The notes under the pieces are model-generated. The model was not told where the DNA came from, did no database searches, and was given only the letters and a program-made list of their open reading frames with translations. A DNA stretch of 64,000 bases from NCBI GenBank assembly GCA_044224875.1, contig JBGAJQ010000010.1, positions 49,815 to 113,814 of the forward strand, written 5' to 3'. This stretch comes from Gemmatimonadaceae bacterium (GTDB lineage: Bacteria; Gemmatimonadota; Gemmatimonadetes; Gemmatimonadales; Gemmatimonadaceae). Below are positions 51,579 through 60,458 of this stretch, one piece after another. Position numbers and translations under genes: made by a program. Positions within the stretch are counted from its first letter, which is position 1; the number at the start of each line of letters is the position of its first letter.

Positions 51579-53738
51579 TTAGCGCTCCATGTCGTTGCGG
51601 CTGCTGGTGGCGCGAGGTTCCGACCGCAGCCAGTGATCGAACCACTGCCGGAGTCGCCCGAGCCGATCCACGAGCAGCCATGGTTCACCGGTACGCGACA
51701 AGTCGTGCGTCGACCTCGGGTAGCGCACAAGCTCCACGGGCGTGCCCTGCTTCTTCAATCCCACGAACCACTGCTCGGCGTCGGTCATGGGCGTACGGAA
51801 GTCTTCTTCCGATTGGACCATGAGCGTCGGCGTCTTCACGCGCCGGATATAGCGAATCGGCGACAGGGAGTCGTAGAGCGCCGGGTTGTCCCACGGCTTG
51901 CCATAGAACTCGAACTCGGTCAGTCCCTGTGCGTCGCTGCTTCCGTACCACGACCACCAGTTCGAAATCATCCGGTCGGTCTGCGCGGCCTTGAACCGAT
52001 TGGTCTTGACGGTCACCCACGCCGTCATCACGCCGCCGTACGACCCACCGGTGACTCCCATGCGCGTTGAATCCACGTCACTGCGCTTGGCGACGATGTC
52101 GACACCCTTCATGAGATCCACGTAGTCCTCCGCAAACCAGCGCCCTCGAGTGGCGTAGGTGAACGGACCGCCGTACCCCGTTGAACCTCGCGGATTCGTG
52201 TACAGCACGAACATGCCGGCCCCCGCAAGGTTCTGAAACTCATCAAACCAGTTCTCGCCATATTGGCCGTGCGGGCCGCCGTGAATGTAGAGCACGACGG
52301 GATATCGCTTGCCGGGCTCGTATCCGTAGGGCTTCATCAGCCAAGCCTCGATCTCCAGTCCGCCGACCGAAGGATAGGTGAATCGCTCGGCATCCGACCA
52401 CGACACGTCCTTGTTGAGCGCGTCGTTGAAGCTCGTGAGCTTCAACTCGCCACTCCCGTCTGCATTCGCCACATACAACTCCGTGGGCTGGTTGACACTC
52501 GTCGCGACGTATGCCACACGGCGCGCTGCGTCGTCCAGCGAAAAGCCTCGCGCTTGTCGTCGTCCGCCGACCAGTTCCCGAACTTCCTTTTGACCCGGTG
52601 TAACCTTGAGCCACGCGGCGCGGCCACCGATTGCCGACGAGAAGGAGATGTCGCCGTTCGGCAGCCACTCGATGTTGTCCGGCTCGTAGACCCATGCGCC
52701 GAGCAAGTTCGTCGGAACACCTCCCGCGGCCGGGACGGTGTACAGACGCGTGGAAGCGACTCGCGTTGGCGCGCTCAAAAAGGCGAGTGTTGCTCCGTCT
52801 GGCGACCAGGCCAGGTCGTGCTCGCTGCCAGCCCCCGTTGTGAGGCGGCGCGGCGCTCCTCCGCTCACGGACACGACAAAGATATCGGCGTCATTGCGCG
52901 CCGTTTCGTCTCGCTTGGCATCGTATGGCAAGCGGGCCAACGAGTCACGTTCCGCCTCGACCGCCGAATCCGGCCGCAACGCAGCGTCGGCGACGAAGGC
53001 AATCCACTTCCCATCCGGCGAAACGGTCGCCGACCGGCGTGAATACGGCGTAGAGTCGATCATCACCTTCTTCGAACCGTCAAGGACCTGCATCCACAGC
53101 TGCAACGGTCGATACGTTCGCTTGGACCTGGCTGACGGCACGTAGCCCTGGCCGTTGGCCTTGAACCGCATGTCGGTGATGTGCCGGCCGTCGAAGCGCT
53201 TCGGATCCAGCGGCCGTGTGATGGCGCCATACGGCGGACGGGCCATCGGCTGCATGGCGTTGGTACCACTGCCTTCTTCGCGCGTGGAATCGCCAACTGT
53301 GCTGTCGCTCCAAACCACGAAGCGGCGGTCGGCGGGAAGCGATCCTGCTGGGTAACGATCCACCTCTTCGGCCTCGCCTCCGGGTTCGTCCATGCGAATG
53401 CCCCATGTGCGCGCCTTCGAGTTCGCGCGCTGCGAGTTGAAGAGCAGGTACCTACCGTCCGGCGACCAGCGGGGGCTTGAGCTCTCCGTACTCGGCGAGG
53501 TGAATCGGCGGGGCGCGCCACCCGACGTCGACGCCACCCACACCTCCGAGTGTCGCTTGTTCTCCGACTCGCGGACCGTGGTGACCGTGAATGCCACCTG
53601 CTTCCCATCTGGAGACATGGCCGGACTCGAAACGGTGGTAACCCGGTACCAGTCCGCTGGCGAGAAGGGACGCGCCTGTGCAGCCGCGGAGGCGAGTGGC
53701 GCAATGAGGGCAACGAGTGTGAGCTTTGGTGATCGCAT
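51579..53738 (-). CDS. S9-family (prolyl oligopeptidase / acyl-peptide hydrolase) secreted peptidase
   Basis: Signal peptide, WSPDG propeller repeats, IHGGPH, NPRGS, GGSYGG, DFRT, STH. Confidence 0.92.
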   Translation of the reverse strand: MRSPKLTLVALIAPLASAAAQARPFSPADWYRVTTVSSPAMSPDGKQVAFTVTTVRESENKRHSEVWVASTSGGAPRRFTSPSTESSSPRWSPDGRYLLFNSQRANSKARTWGIRMDEPGGEAEEVDRYPAGSLPADRRFVVWSDSTVGDSTREEGSGTNAMQPMARPPYGAITRPLDPKRFDGRHITDMRFKANGQGYVPSARSKRTYRPLQLWMQVLDGSKKVMIDSTPYSRRSATVSPDGKWIAFVADAALRPDSAVEAERDSLARLPYDAKRDETARNDADIFVVSVSGGAPRRLTTGAGSEHDLAWSPDGATLAFLSAPTRVASTRLYTVPAAGGVPTNLLGAWVYEPDNIEWLPNGDISFSSAIGGRAAWLKVTPGQKEVRELVGGRRQARGFSLDDAARRVAYVATSVNQPTELYVANADGSGELKLTSFNDALNKDVSWSDAERFTYPSVGGLEIEAWLMKPYGYEPGKRYPVVLYIHGGPHGQYGENWFDEFQNLAGAGMFVLYTNPRGSTGYGGPFTYATRGRWFAEDYVDLMKGVDIVAKRSDVDSTRMGVTGGSYGGVMTAWVTVKTNRFKAAQTDRMISNWWSWYGSSDAQGLTEFEFYGKPWDNPALYDSLSPIRYIRRVKTPTLMVQSEEDFRTPMTDAEQWFVGLKKQGTPVELVRYPRSTHDLSRTGEPWLLVDRLGRLRQWFDHWLRSEPRATSSRNDMER

Positions 53739-53820
53739 GGGAACCCTGGGCAGTCGAAGAAATCGACGATCGAGGCGTTTCCAAGTTCGCCGCTGACACG
53801 TGTTCTCGGGAAGACCTCGC

Positions 53821-54627
53821 ATGATCCATTTGCGGTCGCTGTCGCTCAAGTCCGCCATTTCGGGGAGCGAAAGCACCTTTCCCTTCTCGGTCCCGGCAAT
53901 CCGGAGTCTGGAGACCTTGGAGGTTGGCGCGCCAGTCACCTTCTTTGTTGGCGAAAATGGGTCCGGCAAGTCCACCCTTCTCGAGGGCATCGCATTGGCA
54001 GCCAACCTGCCAGTGGTGGGATCAACGGGACTTGATCACGATGCTACCTTGACCGCGCAGCGATCGTTGGCCAAACGACTGCGCTTGAGTTGGGATCATC
54101 GCACGCGACGGGGCTTCTTCCTCCGTGCCGAGGACTTCTTCGGCTTTACCAAGATGCTGGGGAAGTTGCGGGAGGAGCTGCAACAGCGGGTCCGAGACGT
54201 GGAGGTGGAGTACGCCGACCGCTCCGACTACGCGCGCGGCCTCGCGTCCGGACCCGCCCGCGCATCGCTGGGGGAACTGCAGCAGCGGTACGGCGTGGAC
54301 TTGGACGCGAACTCGCACGGCCAGAGCTTTCTCAAGCTCTTCCAGACGCGCTTTGTCCCGGGTGGATTGTATCTCCTGGACGAACCCGAGGCACCCCTGT
54401 CGCCTCAGAGCCAGCTCGGACTCCTGGCGTTGCTGAAGGACATGCTGGCGCAGGAGGCACAGTTCATCATCGCGACCCATTCGCCGTTGCTGCTGGCCTA
54501 TCCGGGCGCCCGTATCGTGTCTTTCGACGAGACACCGGTGCGTGAGGTGCCATATGCCGAACTCGAACACGTGAACCTAACGAGGGACTTCCTCGCTGAC
54601 CCGGAACGCTTTCTCCGTCACCTCTGA
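53821..54627 (+). CDS. ABC/SMC-like AAA_21 ATPase (COG3910-like)
   Basis: GENGSGKST, SHGQSF, LLDEPE, IATHSP. Confidence 0.85.
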   Translation: MIHLRSLSLKSAISGSESTFPFSVPAIRSLETLEVGAPVTFFVGENGSGKSTLLEGIALAANLPVVGSTGLDHDATLTAQRSLAKRLRLSWDHRTRRGFFLRAEDFFGFTKMLGKLREELQQRVRDVEVEYADRSDYARGLASGPARASLGELQQRYGVDLDANSHGQSFLKLFQTRFVPGGLYLLDEPEAPLSPQSQLGLLALLKDMLAQEAQFIIATHSPLLLAYPGARIVSFDETPVREVPYAELEHVNLTRDFLADPERFLRHL

Positions 54628-54692
54628 GCGCGGTGACTCAAGCCCGCGCTCGGGGATAGCGTTACCTTTCGTCTTCCTTCTTCGCGCGAGAA

Positions 54693-55205
54693 ATGCCCGA
54701 GACTCACGGTCAACGCCTCCTTCGCCTGTGGACCCAGGTCGCGACGCGCCCAGGCGGCAAGTGGCTCTTCAGCCGCATCCTCGGACGCCAAGTGCCCTAT
54801 ACGGGCACGATCGGAGCGCGCATCGAGGAGTTGCGACCGGGTTACGCCCGCGCGTCACTGCGGGACCGCCGTCGGGTCCGAAATCACCTGCGGTCCGTCC
54901 ACGCCGTGGCCCTCGTGAACCTCGGCGAGGTGGTGAGCGGTCTGGCCATGCTCACTGCCCTGCCTCCGGGGATTCGCGGAATCGTGACGGGACTCTCGAT
55001 TGCTTACGTCAAGAAAGCCCGTGGTACGCTCGTCGCCGAATCTCACGTGCAGTTGCCACCCATCGAACAGTCGACTGACCTGGAGCTTCAGTCCGTGATT
55101 CGCGATGGGGCCGGCGACGTGGTTGCCACGGCGACCGTTCGTTGGCTTGTTGGCGCTGAACGTACGGCACCAGGGGCGGCAGGAGCGCCGTCGGCGCATG
55201 GCTGA
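54693..55205 (+). CDS. Hotdog-fold (PaaI/DUF4442-like) thioesterase
   Basis: [23 protein letters not shown]. Confidence 0.82.
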   Translation: MPETHGQRLLRLWTQVATRPGGKWLFSRILGRQVPYTGTIGARIEELRPGYARASLRDRRRVRNHLRSVHAVALVNLGEVVSGLAMLTALPPGIRGIVTGLSIAYVKKARGTLVAESHVQLPPIEQSTDLELQSVIRDGAGDVVATATVRWLVGAERTAPGAAGAPSAHG

Positions 55206-56220
55206 CAAGCCGCCACTTGCACCTGACGGATTGCTCTCCACCGCATTGACGCGGGATGCCGGCATTCGTGTACCATTGATTTGCGGTGCCATGTATCCGT
55301 GTAGCAACCCGGAACTCGTGGCGGCGGTGTCCGCGGCCGGTGCGATTGGCGTGTTCCAGCCAATCTCCCTTACCTACGTACACAAGCACGACTTCCGTGA
55401 AGGCATTCGTCTCATGCGCCGTCTAGCCGGAAATGCGCCAATCGGCATGAACGCGCTGATTGAAGCGAGCTCGCGCGCCTACCACGAGCGCATGCAGCGC
55501 TGGGTGGACGTCGCGCTCGAGGAGGGCGTTCGCTTCTTCGTGACCTCGCTGGGGAACCCCAGATGGGTGGTGGACCGCGTCAATCCACTCGGCGGCAAGG
55601 TGTATCACGACGTCACCGAGACCAAGTGGGCGGCCAAGGGTCGCGACGCCGGCGTGCATGGCCTGATTGCCGTGAACAACCGCGCCGGTGGGCACGCCGG
55701 ACGGCTCACCATGGAAGACCTGTACGATCAGCTGCAACCCTTTGGCCTACCGACGATCTGCGCGGGAGGTATCGGGGCCGCGGGCGACTTCGTACACGCG
55801 CTTCGTACCGGGTACGCCGGCGTGCAGATGGGCACGCGCTTCATTGCCACCCCAGAGTGCAGCGCCCACGAACGGTACAAGCAGGCCATCGTGGAGGCAG
55901 CCGAAGGGGACATCACGCTCACCGAACGTCTGACGGGAGTGCCAGTCGCGGTCATTCGTACGCCTCACATTGATCGCATCGGGACGTCGATTGGACCACT
56001 TTCGCGTTGGCTATTCCGTGGGCGCCGCACCAAACGCTGGATGCGGACGTGGTACGGCCTGCGTTCCTTCGTGTCCCTTCGCCGGTCGTTGAACCGTGGT
56101 GACGCCACACGCGACTATTGGCAGGCTGGACGTTCTGTGGCCGGCATTTCGTCGATCGAATCGGTTGCTTCGATCGTCGCGCGCTTTGCGCAGGCGGCTG
56201 TGAGCCAGCACACTTCCTGA
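55198..56220 (+). CDS. Nitronate monooxygenase / FabK-like flavoprotein
   Basis: [36 protein letters not shown]. Confidence 0.88.
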   Translation: MADKPPLAPDGLLSTALTRDAGIRVPLICGAMYPCSNPELVAAVSAAGAIGVFQPISLTYVHKHDFREGIRLMRRLAGNAPIGMNALIEASSRAYHERMQRWVDVALEEGVRFFVTSLGNPRWVVDRVNPLGGKVYHDVTETKWAAKGRDAGVHGLIAVNNRAGGHAGRLTMEDLYDQLQPFGLPTICAGGIGAAGDFVHALRTGYAGVQMGTRFIATPECSAHERYKQAIVEAAEGDITLTERLTGVPVAVIRTPHIDRIGTSIGPLSRWLFRGRRTKRWMRTWYGLRSFVSLRRSLNRGDATRDYWQAGRSVAGISSIESVASIVARFAQAAVSQHTS

Positions 56221-56227
56221 ACCATTC

Positions 56228-57600
56228 ATGCCCCAAGGAACCATGCATCGTATCTCGCGTTCTGTCCGACTATTGGCCGTTCTAGTGCTGATCACACCCG
56301 CTGTGGGTCGGCCGATATCCGCCTCCGCTCAGGCTCCACGCGCGACCCTGGCGATTGTTGGGGGCCGAGTGATCGATGGCTTTGGCGCGCCGCCGATCGA
56401 GAACGGGGTCGTATTGGTTGCGGGCGAACGCATCCTCGCCGTCGGCCGTCAGGGCGAGGTCGTGGTGCCGGCCGGCGTGCCGTCGATCGACGCCAACGGC
56501 ATGACCGTGATGCCCGGGTTGATTGACATGCACGTGCATCTCCACATCCTCGGGCATGGCGACTACAAGCGGTGGGATGACCTGTATGGCAAGCACGACG
56601 CCGACGTGGTCATGCCGATCGCGGCCAAGCAGCTGCTGATGGCCGGTGTAACGTCGGCGCGCGACCTCGGGTCGCGCCTCGATGAGATTCTCTCCGTGAA
56701 GAAACGCATCGCCGCCGGCGAGATTCCCGGGCCACGACTCTTCGTCTCCGGTCCCTTCATCCAGCACGCGGCGTATGAGGAATACGAGAAGGATTTTCGA
56801 TGGGGAGTGAACGGCGCTGACGACGCGCGACAGAAGGTCCAACGCGTGATCGATGCCGGCGTGGATGTCGTGAAGCTGATTGACCAGGACCAGATGACGG
56901 ACGCCGAAGTGGCGGCGGTGGTTGAGACGGCGCACAAGAACGGCAAACCCGTAGTCGCGCACGCCCATCGCATGGACGAGATCCGCGTGGGACTGAAGCA
57001 CGGTGTCGACGACTTCGAGCACGTGGGACTTGGCACCGCGCCGGGTTACGCTGAGGACGTCCTTCAGCGCTTGCGCGAACGCAATGCCGCGCTGTACTGG
57101 ACGCCAACGCTCTCGCCGTTGTACACGCTGTTCTATACGGGCACAACCTTTCCTGAGCGCCTCGACGATCCGTCGTGGCGAACGTTCATGCCTAACGACA
57201 TGGCAACGGAAATCCGCCAGTCGCTGGAGCACATTCCCCAGCTCCCGTATTACGCCCTCTTTCCTTCGCGCATCCCGCTTCTACCGCAGAAGTTCGCCGC
57301 TCTCCGCGCTACGGGCGTGCGACTCATGATCGGCACCGACGCTGGGATTCCGGCAATGTTCCACGGCGATGCCACGTGGCGCGAGATGGTGAAGTTCGTG
57401 GAGCTTGGCGTTCCCGCCATGGAGACGATCCAGGCGGCCACCCTGTGGCCGGCCCGGTTTCTCAAGGCCGACGACCGGATCGGAGTGCTCGCGCCCGGTC
57501 GATATGCGGACCTGATCCTGGTCCGCGGTGATCCCTGTCCGACATGACGGTGATGCGCGACGTGCGCACGGTCATACAGGGCGGCAAGAAGATTCGCTGA
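56228..57600 (+). CDS. Secreted amidohydrolase-family protein; -1 frameshift at about 57534
   Basis: PGLIDMHVH, VAHAH, FEH, GTDAG, GRYADLI. Adding one C to GATCCCTG restores GDPLSDMTVMRDVRTVIQGGKKIR*. Confidence 0.87.
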
Positions 57601-57611
57601 GCGGAGGCACC

Positions 57612-57917
57612 GTGCTGCTTGAAGTCCGTGCCGCCTCGCGGAAGACGCCGGGCGATGGCCGCTTTGAAATTTCGGAGAACACCGCTCGCCGGCTGACGCC
57701 GCTCGCGTCACCGCTGCAGCTCGAACTCGATGCACTTCCTGGCCATGGGCACCTGGAACAGATGATGTGCACCTGCCAAAAGGCGGGCGAACCGCACGTC
57801 CATCACTTCCTGGTGTCGGACGTGTTCCGCGCCATGCACCCGGAGCGGACGTACGCGTTGGAGCTGATGGACGGGGGCCTCGTCAGGCTCACCGGGGCAC
57901 ACGACGGCCTGCGCTAG
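57612..57917 (+). CDS. Hypothetical protein with CxC..HxHH putative metal-binding motif
   Basis: GGAGG RBS, GTG start, MMCTCQKAGEPHVHHFL. Confidence 0.65.
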   Translation: MLLEVRAASRKTPGDGRFEISENTARRLTPLASPLQLELDALPGHGHLEQMMCTCQKAGEPHVHHFLVSDVFRAMHPERTYALELMDGGLVRLTGAHDGLR

Positions 57918-57933
57918 CGGATTCCGTCCTCGG

Positions 57934-58716
57934 CTAGCACGGCCGGCGCCAATGGCCGATTTCTCGCTTGAACGCATGCAGGATGCAGCGCACGCCGCCG
58001 TTCTCACGCACTTCGGCCGGGCGCAGGCCAGTGTAGCGTTTCACCATGTTCCGCATGGACGTCCCCGAGGGAAAATCGAGGACCAGCGCCACCTGCTCAA
58101 TCGAGCGAGCGGGATCTTCCAGCAGTCGCGCGGCCACCATCAAGCGACACCACGAAATGACGGCGCTTGGCGATGGAAAGCCCGCACCAGAAAGCCTGTC
58201 GACTAACGTCTTGCGATGTACGCCCATCGCCGACGCAACCTGCGCCACGGTCAGCCCGCGCCGGCCGTTCTCGAGGCAGTACTGAATAATCGGCAGGACG
58301 TTCGCCGGAATGCTGCTCCCGAGTTCCTCAAGGATGGACTTGGCCGAGCAGTGGTCCTGCGCCGCAGTAATGGCCGAGCGGAGGGGATGCCGAAGATCGT
58401 CCACTCCGCGGATGACCAGATCGTTGACCCCGGCTCGCGCGAACTCGAGAACGTCGTGAGAGGTATCGGGACCCAGCGCACAATACAAAACGATTGGTAC
58501 GCTTGGATATCCGGCGCGCACTCGCCGCACCATCGGGAGCGTTGAGACAGAGTCACGGTCGCGAATGTCAACGACCACGACACTGACCAGATCGTTGGCG
58601 ACCAGGGCAATGAGCTCCTCCTGCCTCTCCGCAAAGCGGAGGGCAGCCTGCCCGCGTAACGCTTCCTGCAGCCGGGCGCGCCCCGTGGGCTCCCAGACGA
58701 GTGCAGCGACAGTCAT
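57934..58716 (-). CDS. Atypical receiver-like domain + AraC-type HTH regulator
   Basis: VVVVD..PIVLY..ARAGVNDLVIRG receiver-like fold; LTVAQVASAMGVHRKTL and SIEQVALVLDFPSGTSMRNMVKRYTGLRP AraC helices. Confidence 0.85.
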   Translation of the reverse strand: MTVAALVWEPTGRARLQEALRGQAALRFAERQEELIALVANDLVSVVVVDIRDRDSVSTLPMVRRVRAGYPSVPIVLYCALGPDTSHDVLEFARAGVNDLVIRGVDDLRHPLRSAITAAQDHCSAKSILEELGSSIPANVLPIIQYCLENGRRGLTVAQVASAMGVHRKTLVDRLSGAGFPSPSAVISWCRLMVAARLLEDPARSIEQVALVLDFPSGTSMRNMVKRYTGLRPAEVRENGGVRCILHAFKREIGHWRRPC

Positions 58717-58827
58717 GAAATCTCGAGCGACAGGTTACACCGTGTATGGGGACTTCACATACGATGTAGGTGCAACGGACCTCTTGGCGCAAGGTTTCGG
58801 AACCCTGTCCACACTTGGAGCCATCAG

Positions 58828-59055
58828 ATGCGCCGTTCAGTCCGCTTCGTTGTTCTCGCCGCCGCCGCTTCGCTTGCCGCCTGTTCCGCCAGCCCGTTTG
58901 GTCCGACCAACGGTGTCTGCCGAAAGGGCGAGTCCTGCACGTCGCGCGACTTCGTGAATCCGAACGCCGACTTCGTGAACCCGAATGCCGACTTCGTCAA
59001 CCCGAACGCCGACTTCGTAAATCCGAACGCTTCCGTTGTTACGTTTGACCAGTAA
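58828..59055 (+). CDS. 75-aa lipoprotein-signal peptide with four DFVNPNA repeats (putative precursor peptide)
   Basis: GGAG RBS; basic N-region, hydrophobic core and LAAC lipobox; repeat variation is synonymous in this frame. Confidence 0.82.
   Translation: MRRSVRFVVLAAAASLAACSASPFGPTNGVCRKGESCTSRDFVNPNADFVNPNADFVNPNADFVNPNASVVTFDQ
58948..59031 (+). repeat. Four tandem 21-bp repeats GACTTCGTNAAYCCGAAYGCY
   Basis: Units at 58948, 58969, 58990 and 59011 differ only at third codon positions. Confidence 0.95.
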
Positions 59056-60301
59056 CTAAGGCAACGACGTCGCTCTCGGTATCAAAACCGATGAGCGCGT
59101 CGATGACATTGCGTGAAGCCGGTGCAAGTTCGGCAGGTGGGTGCGATGCAGCCACGAAACTGTCGAACTGCTCCGGCTGAATCGCGTGCATCAGCTCGAA
59201 GAAGCCACGCGATTTGGCGATGCGCCTCGTCGTTTCTCGGTAGCGTGTGGCGCGACGCACGTCACCCGCGAGCGCAAACGCCTGCGCTAGGCACAGGAAC
59301 GCCTGAGCGTTCTCGTAAGGCAGCGCGCTTAGCTCCGTTGCCCGGTCAATCTCGCTCGCCATCTTCTCGAGGGACGAGCTATCACCGCAGCGGCCAGCGC
59401 TGAGCGCAGCGCCGCCGAGTTGCGGCAAACGCACCCGCAGTGCATGCGTGCGATTGAGCGCCGCGGCAAACCCGGACAGCGCGGCCTTGGGATAGCCCGC
59501 CATAAGGGAGAGCTGCGCGAGGTTGCTGAGCGCTTCCGACTGGCGCGTCCGGTCACCGCCGGCGTGCTCGAAGGCCGCCCAACCGTGATGAAGCGCCGCG
59601 TTGATGTCTTCGGCGACGGCAGACGTAATGGTTAGGCCTTGATGCGCGATGAACGTGACGTCGTCACTGCCAGACTTCTCAGCAAGCACCAGCGCGCGCT
59701 CGAATAGTTCACGTGCAAGCGGATAGTTGCCTTTCATACGGGCCAGAGTACCGCGTCCAGTGGCCACTCGCGACGCCAACAGGGCGTCGTCGCCACGCGT
59801 CGCGAGGCCCTCGGCGACCTGATACAAATCCTCCGCTGCCTCAAAATCCCCTAATTGTCGCGCAATGCGAGCCTGGTCGGCGGCCAAGAGACCCAGCTCG
59901 CGAGGGGAAGCTGACGCAACCAGCTGCCGCGCCAGCGCCACAGTGGTATAGCCCGTGGAGTACGCGCCGGCCTCACACATCTGTGACGCGAACCCGCGCA
60001 CACCTCGCGCGAGCGCGTTGGCCCCATCAACTGTCGTGAAGTTGCCGAGCCCGAAGTACACCATCTCCAGATTCAACGCCAGCTGGTCGCCGAGCGCCGT
60101 TTGCGGGGCTGAAAACTCCCTTAGTGCCTTAGCGCACAGTACAGCCAGCTCGCCCTGAGAATCAGGGTGCGCCCGCGACACGCGGCCCAAACAGTGCGCG
60201 ACGAGCAACCAGAGCGTATCGGAGGGGCCAAAGTCTTCTTGGCCGGCGTTGCGTTCTAGGTCGCTTCGGTAAGCCTCTAGTGGGCTTTCGACTGCAAGCA
60301 T
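59039..60301 (-). CDS. Cytoplasmic all-helical TPR protein (420 aa)
   Basis: ARIARQLGDFEAAEDLY, GTLARMKGNYPLARELF, LSNLAQLSLMAGYPKAAL; no signal peptide or HTH seen; 3' end overlaps the peptide gene. Confidence 0.8.
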   Translation of the reverse strand: MLAVESPLEAYRSDLERNAGQEDFGPSDTLWLLVAHCLGRVSRAHPDSQGELAVLCAKALREFSAPQTALGDQLALNLEMVYFGLGNFTTVDGANALARGVRGFASQMCEAGAYSTGYTTVALARQLVASASPRELGLLAADQARIARQLGDFEAAEDLYQVAEGLATRGDDALLASRVATGRGTLARMKGNYPLARELFERALVLAEKSGSDDVTFIAHQGLTITSAVAEDINAALHHGWAAFEHAGGDRTRQSEALSNLAQLSLMAGYPKAALSGFAAALNRTHALRVRLPQLGGAALSAGRCGDSSSLEKMASEIDRATELSALPYENAQAFLCLAQAFALAGDVRRATRYRETTRRIAKSRGFFELMHAIQPEQFDSFVAASHPPAELAPASRNVIDALIGFDTESDVVALVTGQT

Positions 60302-60458
60302 GGAAATCCTGGAGGGTGTTAAGCCGGTCCAATATTTAAGTCCGGTCCGCGTTGCACAAGACGATTCATTACAAAACCCACGCCACCGCGGCGACGCCGA
60401 TCCTCGTTAACAAGTGAAGCGACTGGAAACGCGACAACCGCTTGATATGTAACGCGTT

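Noticed and set aside
53821..54627. Anti-phage AAA_21 defence system
   Set aside because: No partner nuclease, TOPRIM or toxin gene is adjacent; the neighbours are metabolic.
58784..58799. Sigma54 promoter (TTGGCGCAAGGTTTCG) upstream of the peptide gene
   Set aside because: The -24 element fits, but the -12 reads TTCG rather than TTGC.
58948..59031. CRISPR array
   Set aside because: The units are contiguous with no spacers, vary only at synonymous positions, and no cas genes are present.
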